A stretch of DNA of 64,000 nt from Burkholderiaceae bacterium (GCA_023954015.1 JAMLIS010000015.1:9726-73725), one strand, 5' to 3'; positions 1-13,259 are shown, numbered from the stretch's first letter. The notes: generated from the letters alone by a model not told the origin. Program-made: numbers and translations.

Positions 1-520
1 CGTTGCGCACCTCGGTCTGCGCCTCGTTCAGCGACTCGACGAAGAACACGCGATTGGCAGAGACCGATTCCCGGAAGCGCCCGGCCGAGACCTGGGAGAC
101 GTCCTCGCGCTGCGCGAAGCGCTGCTGGTACTCGTTGGCCTGGCGGTTCGCCCACGGCGCCACGACGAAGGCCACGAGCGCGACGAGCACGGCGATCGGA
201 ACGGCAACGCCCAGCACCGGCCGGATCCACGCGGTCAGGCTCACGCCGCTGGCGAACCAGATCACCATCTCGGAATCGCGGAATGCGCGCGTGAGCGACA
301 TCAGCACCGCCACGTACACGGTGAGCACGAGCAGCACCGGCAGCACGTTGATCGAATTGAAGGCGATCAACGGAAGGACGCTGGCGGTGTCCACGCGGTC
401 GCTCGCCGCCCGGCCCAGGAACCGGATGAGCGACGTCGTCAACATGATGACGAACAGCGCCGCGAACACGACTCCGGCGAGATTGAGCAGGTCTCGTCGC
501 AGTGCTTTTTCGAAGAGCAT
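1..520 (-). CDS. lptF: LPS export permease LptF (YjgP/YjgQ family). Only the 5' part is present; the gene runs off the left edge.
   Basis: Own minus-strand translation from the ATG (cat at 518-520) gives MLFEKALRRDLLNLAGVVFAALFVIMLTTSLIRFLGRAASDRVDTASV...RDSEMVIWFASGVSL. This is a typical LptF N-terminus. The gene is divergent from pepA, as in E. coli and Burkholderiales. It is absent from the ORF track because it has no stop inside the window. Confidence 0.8.
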   Translation of the reverse strand, partial: MLFEKALRRDLLNLAGVVFAALFVIMLTTSLIRFLGRAASDRVDTASVLPLIAFNSINVLPVLLVLTVYVAVLMSLTRAFRDSEMVIWFASGVSLTAWIRPVLGVAVPIAVLVALVAFVVAPWANRQANEYQQRFAQREDVSQVSAGRFRESVSANRVFFVESLNEAQTEVRN

Positions 521-572
521 CGCGGTGCGACCCTCGTATAATCCGCCGCTCGACCATCGAGAAAAAGAAGCG

Positions 573-2057
573 ATGCAATTTAGCACAACGACTTCCGCTC
601 CCGCCCGTTCGCGCACCGGCTGCGCACTCGTCCCGGTTCTCGACGGAAAGCTCTGCGGCAGCACCGCGCAGGCGATCGACGAAGCGAACGACGGCCGGTT
701 GACGCGCCTGCTGAAGTCCGGCGACCTGAAGAAGAAGGCCGGTTCCACGTTGTCCACGCACCTCGACGGCGCGATCGCGCGCGTCGTGCTCGCCTCGTTC
801 GGCGAAGGCAAGCAGGCGAGCGAGAAGGATTGGCTCGACGCCGTTCGCGCGGCCTACAAGGCAGCCTCGGCGTTCTCGGCCGACGACGCGCTCTCGCTGC
901 TGCACGACGTTCCGGTCGCCGAACGCGATCTCGCCTGGAAGCTTCGCGTGCAGGCGCTCGCCGGTCGCGACGTCGCCTATCGCTTCGAGCAGATGAAGAG
1001 CGAGCGCGAGCCGAAGCCGGCGCGCCCGAAGCGCGTGACGATCGCGCTCGAGCGGGCCGGCGCGGGCCCGCTGGCGCGCGAACTCGAGCGCGCTCGCGCC
1101 ATCGCCAACGGCGTCGACCTCGCGAAGGATCTCGGCAACCTGCCGGCCAACGTCTGCACGCCCACCTACCTGGCCGACACCGCAAGGAAGCTCGCGCGCG
1201 AGTTCGACCTGAAATGCGAGGTACTCGACGAGAGGCAGATGCAGGCGCTGAAGATGGGAGCGTTGCTCGCCGTCGCCCGCGGCTCCGCGCAACCGCCCAA
1301 GCTCATCGTGCTGCGCTACCAGGGCGCGGGCGCCAGGCGCGCGCCGATCGTGCTCGTCGGAAAGGGCATCACGTTCGACACCGGCGGCATTTCGCTGAAG
1401 CCCGCGCCCGAGATGGACGAGATGAAATTCGACATGTGCGGGGCGGCTTCGGTGCTCGGCACGATGCGCGCCGTGGCCGAGGCGAAGGCAAAGGTGAACC
1501 TCGTCGTGATCGTTCCCACCACCGAGAACATGCCGGGCGGGCGCGCCACGAAGCCCGGCGACATCGTCACGACGATGTCCGGCAAGACGGTGGAGATCCT
1601 CAACACCGACGCCGAGGGCCGGCTGATCCTTTGCGATGCGCTCGAATACGCGAAGCGCTTCTCGCCCGCAGCGGTCGTCGACGTCGCCACGCTCACCGGC
1701 GCCTGCGTCATCGCGCTCGGGCATCACCACTCGGGGCTGTTCTCGCCCAGCGACGAACTTGCCGCGGAACTGCAGGCGGCCGGCCGCGAAGTGGCCGACA
1801 CCTGCTGGCGGATGCCGCTCGACGACGTATACCAGGAACAGCTGAAGTCTCCCTTCGCCGACGTCGCCAACATCGGCGGCAGGCCGGCCGGCTCGATCAC
1901 CGCCGCCTGCTTCCTCGCGCGCTTCACGAAGGACTACACCTGGGCGCACCTCGACATCGCCGGAACGGCCTGGCGATCGGGCACCAACAAGGGCGCGAGC
2001 GGGCGTCCCGTGCCGCTGTTGACGCGCTTCGTGTTCGCGCGCGCCGACGCCGCCTGA
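573..2057 (+). CDS. pepA: Leucyl aminopeptidase (M17 family)
   Basis: Same frame as ORF 3..2057. The start is set at ATG 573 (MQFSTTTS), downstream of the divergent lptF start. Motifs VGKGITFDTGG and NTDAEGRL are present. A TATAAT hexamer lies at 537-542. Confidence 0.95.
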   Translation: MQFSTTTSAPARSRTGCALVPVLDGKLCGSTAQAIDEANDGRLTRLLKSGDLKKKAGSTLSTHLDGAIARVVLASFGEGKQASEKDWLDAVRAAYKAASAFSADDALSLLHDVPVAERDLAWKLRVQALAGRDVAYRFEQMKSEREPKPARPKRVTIALERAGAGPLARELERARAIANGVDLAKDLGNLPANVCTPTYLADTARKLAREFDLKCEVLDERQMQALKMGALLAVARGSAQPPKLIVLRYQGAGARRAPIVLVGKGITFDTGGISLKPAPEMDEMKFDMCGAASVLGTMRAVAEAKAKVNLVVIVPTTENMPGGRATKPGDIVTTMSGKTVEILNTDAEGRLILCDALEYAKRFSPAAVVDVATLTGACVIALGHHHSGLFSPSDELAAELQAAGREVADTCWRMPLDDVYQEQLKSPFADVANIGGRPAGSITAACFLARFTKDYTWAHLDIAGTAWRSGTNKGASGRPVPLLTRFVFARADAA

Positions 2058-2104
2058 ACGGCGCGCTTTTCTGCGCTTGCCTCGCACGGTCGCAGCCTGC
2101 CCCG

Positions 2105-2536
2105 ATGACGCGCATCGACTTCCACTTCAACGCGCCCGACAAGCTCGGCTACGGCTGCCGCGTCGTTCGCAAGGCGTATCGCGCCCGGCATCCGGTGCTG
2201 GTCTGGTGCGACGACGAAGCGAGGCTCGATGCCTTCGATCGCCTGCTGTGGAGCGATCCGCCGACGGAATTCGTCCCGCACGTGCGGGCCGGCGATCCGC
2301 TGGCCGTGCAGACGCCGATCCTGCTCGCGCACGACGTCGTCGACACCGACGCGCACGACGTGCTGGTGAACCTGGGGTGCCGCACGCCGCCGATGTTCGC
2401 CCGCTTCGAGCGGCTCATCGAGATCGTCGGCACCGAAGAGGACGATCGCGCGGCCGCGCGCGAGCGCTGGCGCTTCTATCGCGACCGCGGCTACCCGATG
2501 ACGCGGCACGACGTCGCCGGTGCGCGGGAGCCCTGA
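2105..2536 (+). CDS. holC: DNA polymerase III chi subunit
   Basis: 143-aa product MTRIDFHFNAPDKLGYGCRVVRKAY..., taken from the frame of ORF 830..2536. It resembles HolC, and the order pepA-holC-valS is the classic one. Confidence 0.85.
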   Translation: MTRIDFHFNAPDKLGYGCRVVRKAYRARHPVLVWCDDEARLDAFDRLLWSDPPTEFVPHVRAGDPLAVQTPILLAHDVVDTDAHDVLVNLGCRTPPMFARFERLIEIVGTEEDDRAAARERWRFYRDRGYPMTRHDVAGAREP

Positions 2537-2541
2537 GCGAC

Positions 2542-2949
2542 ATGCACGGCGACGACGAACTGCAGCGCCTCGTCACCCAGCTGCGCGCGGCTGCCGAGGC
2601 GAGCGCCGACGTGCCCCACGACACGATCCCGGTGCTCACCGAGATCGTCGAGCTGCCCCGCTACGACGCGGCCGAACTGCCGCGGACGCTCACCGACGTC
2701 GATTGGGCGCACCTCGCGCTGCGCGTGCAGGAGAACGTGCTCGAGCGACTGCTCGGCCGATCGCAGGCGTTGATCGACGACGAGATGCAGGCGGGTCTCG
2801 AAGCCGTGCTCTCGCGCACCACCGAGTCGCTCGCCGCCGAACTGCGCCTGACGCTGGGGCAACTCGTACGCGACCTGGTCGCGCGCGCCGTCACCGACGA
2901 GCTCACGCGGGTGCACGACGAGATCATGGGAGAACGAAGCCGAAAGTGA
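2542..2949 (+). CDS. Hypothetical acidic helical protein (135 aa)
   Basis: ATG 2542 lies 5 nt after the holC stop, in the frame of ORF 2077..2949. I recognise no motif. Its position between holC and valS suggests co-transcription. Confidence 0.55.
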   Translation: MHGDDELQRLVTQLRAAAEASADVPHDTIPVLTEIVELPRYDAAELPRTLTDVDWAHLALRVQENVLERLLGRSQALIDDEMQAGLEAVLSRTTESLAAELRLTLGQLVRDLVARAVTDELTRVHDEIMGERSRK

Positions 2950-3037
2950 GGCGCGCCCCGCGATATAGTGAGTTCGTCCCGATCCCGGATCGCCCGACTG
3001 CCGGGCGGCCCGATGGCAATTCCGCCCGCTTTGCGCA

Positions 3038-6000
3038 ATGACCCCTGCTCGCCGCACGAACTCCCCCTCCCCTTCCGCCGACGTCGGCTCGCCGGGCACA
3101 CCGGCCGAGCTCGCGAAGAGCTTCGAGCCGGCCGAGATCGAAGCGCTCTGGTACCCGCTTTGGGAATCGCGCGGCTACTTCGCCGCCGGCGACGCCGAAG
3201 GCGCACCTTCGTTCTCGATCCAGCTGCCGCCGCCGAACGTCACCGGCACGCTGCACATGGGGCACGCGTTCAACCAGACGGTGATGGACGCGCTCACGCG
3301 CTACCACCGGATGCGCGGCGACAACACCCTGTGGCTGCCCGGCACCGACCACGCCGGCATCGCGACGCAGATCGTCGTCGAGCGCCAGCTGGACGCACAG
3401 GGCGTCACGCGGCACGACCTCGGACGCGAGAAGTTCGTCGAGCGCGTCTGGCAGTGGAAGGAACAGTCGGGCTCGACGATCACCCGCCAGATGCGCCGCA
3501 TGGGCGCCTCCACCGACTGGTCGCTCGAGTACTTCACGATGGACCCGAAGCTGTCGGCCGTCGTGCGCGAGGTGTTCGTCGGCTTGCACGAGCAGGGGCT
3601 CGTCTATCGCGGCAAGCGGCTGGTCAACTGGGACCCGGAGCTGCTCACTGCGGTGTCCGACCTCGAGGTCGTCAGCGAGGAGGAAGAGGGCCAGCTCTGG
3701 CACATCCGCTATCCGCTCGCCGACGGCAGCGGCACGATCACCGTCGCCACCACGCGTCCGGAGACGATGCTCGGCGACACGGCGGTGATGGTGCATCCCG
3801 CGGACGAGCGCTACGCATCGCTGGTGGGCAAGACGGTGCTGCTGCCGCTGTCGGGCCCCGGCGACGAGCCCGCCTTCGACGGCGCGTCGCTGCCGCTCGA
3901 TGCGCTCGTTGCCCGCGGCGCCGCGTGCAGATGGCGCGAGATCCCGATCATCGCCGACAGCTACGTCGATCGCGAGTTCGGCACCGGGGCGGTGAAGGTC
4001 ACGCCGGCGCACGACTTCAACGACTACGCGGTCGGACAGCGCCACGGGCTGCCGATGATCGGCGTGCTCACGCTCGACGGCCGCATCAACGAGAACGCGT
4101 CGGCGCGCTACCGCGGCCAGGGCCGCTTCGATGCGCGCCGGACGATCGTCGCCGACCTCGAGGCACTCGGCCTGCTCGAGTCGGCGCGGCCGCACCGGAT
4201 GATGGTGCCGCGCGGCGACCGCACGAACGCCGTCATCGAGCCGATGCTCACCGACCAGTGGTTCGTCGCGATGAGCAAACCCGCGCCCGCCGAATCGCGG
4301 CTGGCCGGGGCCAGCATCGCGCAGCGCTCGCTCGAGGCGGTCGCCGACGGCCGCATCCGCTTCGTGCCCGAGAGCTGGAAGGCCACCTACGATCACTGGC
4401 TGACGAACATCCAGGACTGGTGCATCTCGCGCCAGTTGTGGTGGGGACACCGCATTCCGGCCTGGTACAAGGCCGACGCCGAGGGAGCGCCGCTGCACGA
4501 TGGAAGCGTGTTCGTGGCGCGCAGCGAGGACGAGGCGCGCACGAAGGCACGCGCGGCCGGCTGGAGCGGCGCGCTGGTGCAGGACCCCGACGTCCTGGAC
4601 ACCTGGTTCTCGTCGGCGCTCGTACCCTTCTCGACGCTCGTCGACCCGCAGCAGCCCTTCCGCGACGGGCAGCCGAATCTCCTGCCCGCGCTCGCTCGCT
4701 ACCTGCCTTCGTCGGTACTCGTCACCGGCTTCGACATCATCTTCTTCTGGGTGGCGCGCATGGTCATGATGACGCTCGCGTTCACCGGCGAGGTGCCCTT
4801 CCGCGACGTCTACGTGCACGCACTGGTTCGCGACGCCGAAGGCCAGAAGATGTCGAAGAGCAAGGGCAACACGCTCGACCCGATCGACCTGATCGACGGC
4901 ATCTCGCTCGACGCACTCGTCTCCAAGCGCACCTGGGGGCTGATGAACCCCAGGCAGGCGGCGTCGATCGAGAAACGCACGCGCCGCGAATACCCGCAAG
5001 GCATACCGGCCTTCGGCGCCGACGCACTGCGCTTCACCTTCGCCTCGCTCGCCGGCCCGGGGCGCAACATCAACTTCGACCTGAACCGCTGCGAGGGCTA
5101 CCGCAACTTCTGCAACAAGCTGTGGAACGCCACGCGCTTCGTGCTGATGCACTGCGAAGGACGCGACAACGGCTTCGCGCCGCACACCGCCGAGCAATGC
5201 GGGCCGGGCGGCTACCTGCACTTCGGCACGCCCGAGCACTGGATCGTCTCGCGATTGCAGCGAGCGGAGGCGCAGGTCGAGCGGCACTTCGGCGACTACC
5301 GCTTCGACCTCGCGGCGCGCGCGATCTACGAGTTCGCCTGGAACGAGTACTGCGACTGGTACGTGGAACTGGCGAAAGTGCAATTGCAGGCCACGGACGA
5401 CGCGAGCGAAGCGCGCGCCCGCGCCACGCGCCGCACGCTGCTGCGCGTGCTCGAAGCGGTTCTGCGGATGGCGCATCCGATCATCCCGTTCGTCACCGAG
5501 GCACTGTGGCAGAAGGTCGCGCCGCTGGCGATGCGATACGGCGAGCGCGGCGAGCAGACGCTGTCGGGCGAAGCGCTGCAGCGCGCGATCGTCGAGCGCC
5601 GCTTCTCGATCATGACGCAGCGGTTCCCGCGCGCCGACGAAGCGCGCATCGACGAAGGCGCCGAAGCGTGGGTCGCCGAGCTCGCGGCGATCGTCGAAGC
5701 GTGCCGGGCGCTGCGTGCGGAAATGGCGATCGCGCCGGCGCAGAAACTGCCGCTGGCCGCGGTCGGCGACGCGCAGCAACTCGCCGCCTTCGCCCCGTAC
5801 CTGCGCGCGCTCGCACGGCTCGAAGAAGTACGCATCGTCGATCGCCTGCCGGAAGGCTCGATCGCGCCGGTACAGGTGGTCGGCGAGACGCGGCTGATGC
5901 TGGCGATCGAGGTCGACGCCGACGCCGAGCGGCGCAGGCTGGACAGGGAGCTCGCGCGGCTGGACGCGGAAATCGGCAAGGCGCAGGCGAAGCTCGCGAA

Positions 6001-6118
6001 CGCCGGCTTCGTCGACCGCGCGCCGGCGGCGGTGGTCGAGCAGGAGCGCGCGCGGCTGGCGGCATTCGCGGCAACGCGCGCGCGGGTCAGCGAGCAGCGC
6101 GCGAAGCTCGGGACGTAG
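3038..6118 (+). CDS. valS: Valine--tRNA ligase
   Basis: 1026 aa. It has a HIGH-type motif ([11 protein letters not shown]), KMSKS (KMSKSKGN), TPAHDFNDY in the editing domain, and a C-terminal coiled coil. Confidence 0.97.
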   Translation: MTPARRTNSPSPSADVGSPGTPAELAKSFEPAEIEALWYPLWESRGYFAAGDAEGAPSFSIQLPPPNVTGTLHMGHAFNQTVMDALTRYHRMRGDNTLWLPGTDHAGIATQIVVERQLDAQGVTRHDLGREKFVERVWQWKEQSGSTITRQMRRMGASTDWSLEYFTMDPKLSAVVREVFVGLHEQGLVYRGKRLVNWDPELLTAVSDLEVVSEEEEGQLWHIRYPLADGSGTITVATTRPETMLGDTAVMVHPADERYASLVGKTVLLPLSGPGDEPAFDGASLPLDALVARGAACRWREIPIIADSYVDREFGTGAVKVTPAHDFNDYAVGQRHGLPMIGVLTLDGRINENASARYRGQGRFDARRTIVADLEALGLLESARPHRMMVPRGDRTNAVIEPMLTDQWFVAMSKPAPAESRLAGASIAQRSLEAVADGRIRFVPESWKATYDHWLTNIQDWCISRQLWWGHRIPAWYKADAEGAPLHDGSVFVARSEDEARTKARAAGWSGALVQDPDVLDTWFSSALVPFSTLVDPQQPFRDGQPNLLPALARYLPSSVLVTGFDIIFFWVARMVMMTLAFTGEVPFRDVYVHALVRDAEGQKMSKSKGNTLDPIDLIDGISLDALVSKRTWGLMNPRQAASIEKRTRREYPQGIPAFGADALRFTFASLAGPGRNINFDLNRCEGYRNFCNKLWNATRFVLMHCEGRDNGFAPHTAEQCGPGGYLHFGTPEHWIVSRLQRAEAQVERHFGDYRFDLAARAIYEFAWNEYCDWYVELAKVQLQATDDASEARARATRRTLLRVLEAVLRMAHPIIPFVTEALWQKVAPLAMRYGERGEQTLSGEALQRAIVERRFSIMTQRFPRADEARIDEGAEAWVAELAAIVEACRALRAEMAIAPAQKLPLAAVGDAQQLAAFAPYLRALARLEEVRIVDRLPEGSIAPVQVVGETRLMLAIEVDADAERRRLDRELARLDAEIGKAQAKLANAGFVDRAPAAVVEQERARLAAFAATRARVSEQRAKLGT

Positions 6119-6142
6119 GTCGGCAGCCCGAAGACGGCCGCG

Positions 6143-6385
6143 TCAGCGCCGCTTCAGATAGAACGTCCACTCGCGCTCGCCTACGGCGGTGCGCAGCAGT
6201 TCGTGACCGGTCTGGCGCGAGAAGGCCTCGAAGTCGCGCTTCGAGCCGGGATCGGTGGACATCACCTTCAGCACCTGCCCACTGGGCAGGTCGGTCAGCG
6301 CCTTCTTCGCTCGCAGGATCGGCAGCGGGCAATTCAGGCCCCGCGCGTCGACTTCACGATCGAAGTGCACGTCGTTTTCGGTCAT
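6143..6385 (-). CDS. TusA/SirA-family sulfurtransferase
   Basis: 80 aa, with the CPxP active-site context GLNCPLPILRAKKAL. Confidence 0.85.
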   Translation of the reverse strand: MTENDVHFDREVDARGLNCPLPILRAKKALTDLPSGQVLKVMSTDPGSKRDFEAFSRQTGHELLRTAVGEREWTFYLKRR

Positions 6386-6402
6386 CGGGCTTTCTCTGAC
6401 GA

Positions 6403-6569
6403 CTCAGAACGTGTGAACCAATCGGCCGTGACCGGAAAGCGCGCCAGGAAGCGTCCGATCGAGGCGCAAAGCGCAGCCATATCGGTAGATATGGCGAGCA
6501 TTTGCAACGAAGAGCGGGCGCTTCCTGGCGCGCGAGACGGGCATGGACGATTGGTTCACACGTTCTCAG
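6403..6569. repeat. Imperfect palindrome with stem-bubble-stem architecture; candidate structured RNA or regulatory element
   Basis: The outer 19-bp arms (6406-6424 and 6548-6566) pair perfectly. A second perfect 15-bp stem joins 6439-6453 with 6519-6533. The apical 8-bp stem (6476-6483 with 6488-6495) has a GGTA loop. The blocks between the stems are poorly complementary. Confidence 0.7.
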
Positions 6570-6645
6570 CAGAAGCTTGAGCAAGGGCCATCGCCCCGAA
6601 GATGACAGGGGCGCACGCCCCTAGTCTAGCAGCGAGCACCGGGCC

Positions 6646-7182
6646 TCAGCCGCCTTCGCCACTCGCCCGCCGCGGAAGATCGACGAACTCGACGGGAAGG
6701 CCGCGCGCGCGCATCCAGTCGGCCACCGCGAGCCCGGTTCCGGCCCGCCACGGCCGCAGCCGCTCGGGCGCGACCATCCGGTACTCGACGAGTTCCTCCG
6801 ACAGCGTGACGGTGCCGCGGGCGATCGCGTGATAGGCGATGATCAGCTCGTTCTTGCGCACGAAGTCGTAGACCCCGATCAGCGTGGCGCTCTGCACGTC
6901 GAGGTCGGTCTCCTCCTTGATTTCGCGCCGGATGCCCTCCTCCGGCGTCTCGCCCGCTTCGAGAAAACCGGTGATCAGCGCGAACGTCCTTGCCGGCCAG
7001 GCGGCGTTGCGCGCCAGCAGGATCTCGTCGCCGAGCTGGACGAGGCCGGCGACGACAGGCGCCGGATTGTTCCAGTGCGTGAAGCCGCATCCGCGGCAGG
7101 TGCTGCGCTCGCGCCCGGCGACGACGTCGGCGACCAGCGACTGCGCGCAGCGCGGACAGAATCGGTAATCGGGATGAAGCAT
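6646..7182 (-). CDS. NUDIX hydrolase with N-terminal zinc ribbon
   Basis: A zinc ribbon (CPRC...CRGC) is followed by the Nudix box GFLEAGETPEEGIRREIKEETD. The start is moved to MLHPDYRF (cat at 7180-7182) because the upstream gene ends at 7211. Confidence 0.85.
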   Translation of the reverse strand: MLHPDYRFCPRCAQSLVADVVAGRERSTCRGCGFTHWNNPAPVVAGLVQLGDEILLARNAAWPARTFALITGFLEAGETPEEGIRREIKEETDLDVQSATLIGVYDFVRKNELIIAYHAIARGTVTLSEELVEYRMVAPERLRPWRAGTGLAVADWMRARGLPVEFVDLPRRASGEGG

Positions 7183-7210
7183 CGACGTCTGCGCCAGGCC
7201 GCGGCGGATG

Positions 7211-8104
7211 CTACGGTGCCCGCGCGATCTTCGCGCACAGACGATCGAAGCCCGGATAGCGGTCGCGCGCAATCACGTACTTGCGCGCGTAGCGGCCCCA
7301 CGGCTGCCCGCGCGAGACGGCGTCGGCGAAGCCGTCGCGGTCGACGATCGCCGTTCCGCCCAACAGCGTGACGCCGCGCGCGAAAAGATCGTCGGGCACG
7401 CAGCCGCCGCCCGGACCGACGAAGGCGATCCAGCGGGCGCCGCGCACCGCGTCGAGCACCGCATCGAGCGTGTCGTTGAGCAGCACGGTCGTCGTGCACA
7501 GCACCTTCTCGCAGTCGGCGAGTTCGACCGGATCGAGCGTCACCCGCCAGCCGTCGTGCTCGCCGGCGAGTCGGCTCTGCAGCTCGAGCACGACGAGCGA
7601 GGCGCCGGCGCCGACGATGCGCGGCACCAGGGGTCCGAACAGCCCGACCATGCCGATGCGCTCGCCCGGTTGCGGGTCGAGCGAGCCGATCGAGTCGGCC
7701 GCGGTGTCGAGCGCCTGGCCTGCTTCGCGAAAGAAGCGCTGCGAGATCGCGTTGACCGCGGCGAAGCCGAGCGTTCGACGGACGGGGTCGTCGTCGAGGT
7801 AGCCGCGTGCCAGCTCCAGCGCCGGCATGCCCCGCAGCGCCTGCGCCGGGCTGTCGCTGCGCAGGCGCGCGAAGGTGTCGCCCAGCAGCAGGAACGACAG
7901 ACCGATCGAGCCGTCGTCGAGCTCGACGCCGCAGAACTCGGATTCGCGCGAGCCCTCGTCGGCGGCGAGCGGAAGATGCACGCGCGCCACCGCCGGCAGC
8001 GGCCCGAGCGCGGCGATCGCCTCGATGCGGCCGAGCAGCTCGTGCGCGAAGGCCCGCCGGCCCTCGCGGCTGCCGGCGTCGCGGCTTTCGTGTCGATCGG
8101 CCAT
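7211..8104 (-). CDS. DUF4213/DUF364-like protein (Rossmann-like, putative chelatase-like, function unknown)
   Basis: The start is set at MADRHESRD (8104), 10 nt after the alaS stop. The pattern IGMVGLFGPL...VLCTTTVLLNDTLD...FVGPGGG...LLGGTAIVD matches my memory of DUF364 proteins. Confidence 0.7.
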   Translation of the reverse strand: MADRHESRDAGSREGRRAFAHELLGRIEAIAALGPLPAVARVHLPLAADEGSRESEFCGVELDDGSIGLSFLLLGDTFARLRSDSPAQALRGMPALELARGYLDDDPVRRTLGFAAVNAISQRFFREAGQALDTAADSIGSLDPQPGERIGMVGLFGPLVPRIVGAGASLVVLELQSRLAGEHDGWRVTLDPVELADCEKVLCTTTVLLNDTLDAVLDAVRGARWIAFVGPGGGCVPDDLFARGVTLLGGTAIVDRDGFADAVSRGQPWGRYARKYVIARDRYPGFDRLCAKIARAP

Positions 8105-8114
8105 CGGACGGAGG

Positions 8115-10736
<2,622 letters not shown>

Positions 10737-10803
10737 CTCGGAAAGCGGGGCTGGGGGCAAACCGGATATCTTACCCTTCACCCTCGACCCTTCCCTGCCT
10801 CGA

Positions 10804-12045
10804 ATGAAAAGCGCTCTCGAAGGCATCCGCGTCCTCGACCTCTCCCGCGTGCTCGCCGGCCCGTGGTGCTCGCAGAACCTCGCCGACCTCGGCGCCGACG
10901 TGATCAAGATCGAGCGCCCCGGCGCGGGCGACGACACGCGCAGCTGGGGCCCGCCGTTCCTGAAGGACCGCGACGGCAACGACACCTCCGACGCCGCCTA
11001 CTATCTGGCGGCCAATCGCAACAAGCGCTCGGTGACGATCGACATCGCCTGCGCGGCCGGCCAGCGCGCCGTGCGCGAACTCGCGGCGCGGTGCGACGTC
11101 GTGCTCGAGAACTACAAGGTCGGGCAGCTCGCGAAATACGGCCTCGACTACGAAAGCCTGCGCTCGGTGAACCCCCGCGTCGTCTACTGCTCGGTGACCG
11201 GTTTCGGGCAGACCGGGCCGTGGAAGCACCGTCCGGGGTACGACTTCATCATCCAGGGGCTCGGCGGCTTCATGTCGATCACCGGCGAGGCCGACGACCG
11301 CCCGGGCGGCGGGCCGCAGAAGGCCGGCGTCGCCGTCTCGGACCTGATGTCGGGAATGTTCGCCACGCAGGCGGTGCTCGCGGCGCTCTTCCACCGCGAG
11401 CGCACCGGAGAAGGCCAGTACATCGACATCGCGCTGCTCGACGTGCAGGTCGCCATGCTGGCGAACATGAACGCGAACTACCTGGTGAGCGGCGTGCCGC
11501 CGAAGCGCTGGGGCAACGCACATCCGAACATCGTCCCGTACCAGGCGTTTCGCGCGGCCGATCAGTGGATCATCGTCGCCGTCGGCAACGACGAGCAGTA
11601 CCGGCGCTTTTGCGCGCTCGCCGACCGGCCCGACCTCTTCGACGATCCGCGTTTTTCGACCAACCGCGAGCGCGTGCGCAACCGCGAGGCGCTCGTGCCG
11701 TTGCTCGCTCCGGTGATCGCCGCCCAGCCGTCACGATTCTGGCTCGACGGACTCGAGCGCGCCGGGGTTCCGTGCGGACCGATCAACGATCTCGCTCAGG
11801 TTTTCGACAACGCGCAGGTGCGCGCGCGCGGCATGCGCATCGCGCTCGAACGCGACGACGCCGGCGAGATCCCGCTCGTTGCCAGCCCGATGAAGATGAG
11901 CGCGACGCCGCCGACATATCGGATCGCGCCCCCGCGCGTCGGCGAGCACACCGGCGAGGTCTTGCGCGAGCTGCTCGGCTACGACGACGCAGCGATCCGG
12001 GCTGTGCAGGGAAGCGGGAAACGCGTACAGGGCCTGGGCGGCTGA
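10804..12045 (+). CDS. CaiB/BaiF family (class III) CoA-transferase
   Basis: [52 protein letters not shown] is a typical family III CoA-transferase N-terminus. Confidence 0.9.
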   Translation: MKSALEGIRVLDLSRVLAGPWCSQNLADLGADVIKIERPGAGDDTRSWGPPFLKDRDGNDTSDAAYYLAANRNKRSVTIDIACAAGQRAVRELAARCDVVLENYKVGQLAKYGLDYESLRSVNPRVVYCSVTGFGQTGPWKHRPGYDFIIQGLGGFMSITGEADDRPGGGPQKAGVAVSDLMSGMFATQAVLAALFHRERTGEGQYIDIALLDVQVAMLANMNANYLVSGVPPKRWGNAHPNIVPYQAFRAADQWIIVAVGNDEQYRRFCALADRPDLFDDPRFSTNRERVRNREALVPLLAPVIAAQPSRFWLDGLERAGVPCGPINDLAQVFDNAQVRARGMRIALERDDAGEIPLVASPMKMSATPPTYRIAPPRVGEHTGEVLRELLGYDDAAIRAVQGSGKRVQGLGG

Positions 12046-12196
12046 ACGGCGAAGTCGTGCCCGGCGGGCGCCGGCGAACCGGGCAAACGGGCTGCCCGGT
12101 GGGCGAGCCGCTGGCCGCCGCTGGTCGTATGATCTCGGCGCCGCAAGCGCCCGGCGCCAGCGCGCCCGCTGTCCATCTACTTCCCAGGAGCCCTCG

Positions 12197-13219
12197 ATGC
12201 CCCGCCTTCCCTCGCCGCTTCGCCGTCGCCTGGTCACGCTGCCCGCAGCCGCCTTGCTGGCCGGCGCTGCCGGAAGCGCCACGCTACCGTCGGTTGCTTC
12301 GGCGCAATCGTGGCCCGAGCGCCAGATCCGTTACGTGGTGCCCTACCCGCCTGGCGGCCCGCTCGACCTGGTCGCGCGCGCACTCGCCGAAAAACTCGAC
12401 ATCGCGCTCGGACAACGGGTCGTCGTCGAGAACAAGCCGGGAGCCGGCGGCAACATCGGCGCGGACCTCGTTGCCAAGGCGCAGCCCGACGGCTACACCA
12501 TCGTGATGGGCGCGGTGGCCACGCACGCGATCAACCCGTATCTCTACGCGAAGATGCCCTACGATGCGAACGCCGACTTCGCGCCGATCACGCGCGTTGC
12601 GAGCGTGCCGAACGTGCTGGTGATGAACCCGGAAACGGCGACGAAGCTCGGCGTGAACAACGTCGGCGAGCTGATCGCCTACGCAAAGCGCAACCCCGGC
12701 AAGCTGAACTACGCATCGGGCAGCAACGGCAGCGCGGGCCACCTCGCGGGCGAACTGCTCGAATCGATGGCCGGCATCGCGGCCGTGCATATCCCGTACA
12801 AGGGCGCAGCGCCCGCGCAGCTGAGCCTGCTCTCGGGCGAAACCGACTTCCTGTTCGACAACCTGGCATCGGCCGCACCGCAGATCCGCGCCGGCAAGCT
12901 GAAGGCGCTCGCGGTGACGACGTCCGAACGCTCGAGCTTCTTTCCGGAACTGCCCACGATGTCGGAAAGCGGATTGAAGGGCTTCGACGTCGACACATGG
13001 TTCGGCGTCTTCGCACCCGCCGGCACGCCCGCGCCCGTGATACACCGGTTGCACGACGAATTCGCGCGGGCGCTGTCGAACCCGCAGATCATCGAGCGGC
13101 TCTCGAAGATGGGTGCGAAGCCGGCGCCGATGTCGCCGCAGGCCTTCACGGAATTCGTGCACGCGGAACAGAAGAAGTACGAAAGGATCGTGCGGGACTC
13201 GGGCGCGCGGATCGATTGA
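12197..13219 (+). CDS. Bug-family (TctC-like) tripartite tricarboxylate transporter substrate-binding protein
   Basis: A signal peptide is followed by RYVVPYPPGGPLDLVARALAEKL and a Bug-like C-terminus. AGGAG lies 6 nt upstream of ATG 12197. Confidence 0.9.
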   Translation: MPRLPSPLRRRLVTLPAAALLAGAAGSATLPSVASAQSWPERQIRYVVPYPPGGPLDLVARALAEKLDIALGQRVVVENKPGAGGNIGADLVAKAQPDGYTIVMGAVATHAINPYLYAKMPYDANADFAPITRVASVPNVLVMNPETATKLGVNNVGELIAYAKRNPGKLNYASGSNGSAGHLAGELLESMAGIAAVHIPYKGAAPAQLSLLSGETDFLFDNLASAAPQIRAGKLKALAVTTSERSSFFPELPTMSESGLKGFDVDTWFGVFAPAGTPAPVIHRLHDEFARALSNPQIIERLSKMGAKPAPMSPQAFTEFVHAEQKKYERIVRDSGARID

Positions 13220-13259
13220 GGCTGCGCCGCAATTCATCGTGGAACGGAGAAACGCTCCA

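Noticed and set aside
3-572. N-terminal extension of the pepA ORF (684-aa version)
   Set aside because: The extension is antisense to the clearly recognisable lptF N-terminus. The PepA homology starts at MQFSTTTS (573).
2924-5779. 951-aa ORF antisense to valS, and the 1143-aa out-of-frame ORF 2968..6399 on the sense strand
   Set aside because: The valS frame carries the HIGH and KMSKS motifs. The other frames are Arg/Ala/Pro/Gly-rich with no motifs. Very long stop-free alternative frames are expected at this GC content.
6390-6575. Calling the tusA-upstream palindrome the 6S RNA gene (ssrS)
   Set aside because: Its length and rod-with-bubbles outline fit loosely. But the stems are perfectly paired and the structure is symmetric. 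The usual zapA/ygfA context is missing, and I cannot verify conserved 6S nucleotides without a covariance search. It is kept as a candidate only.
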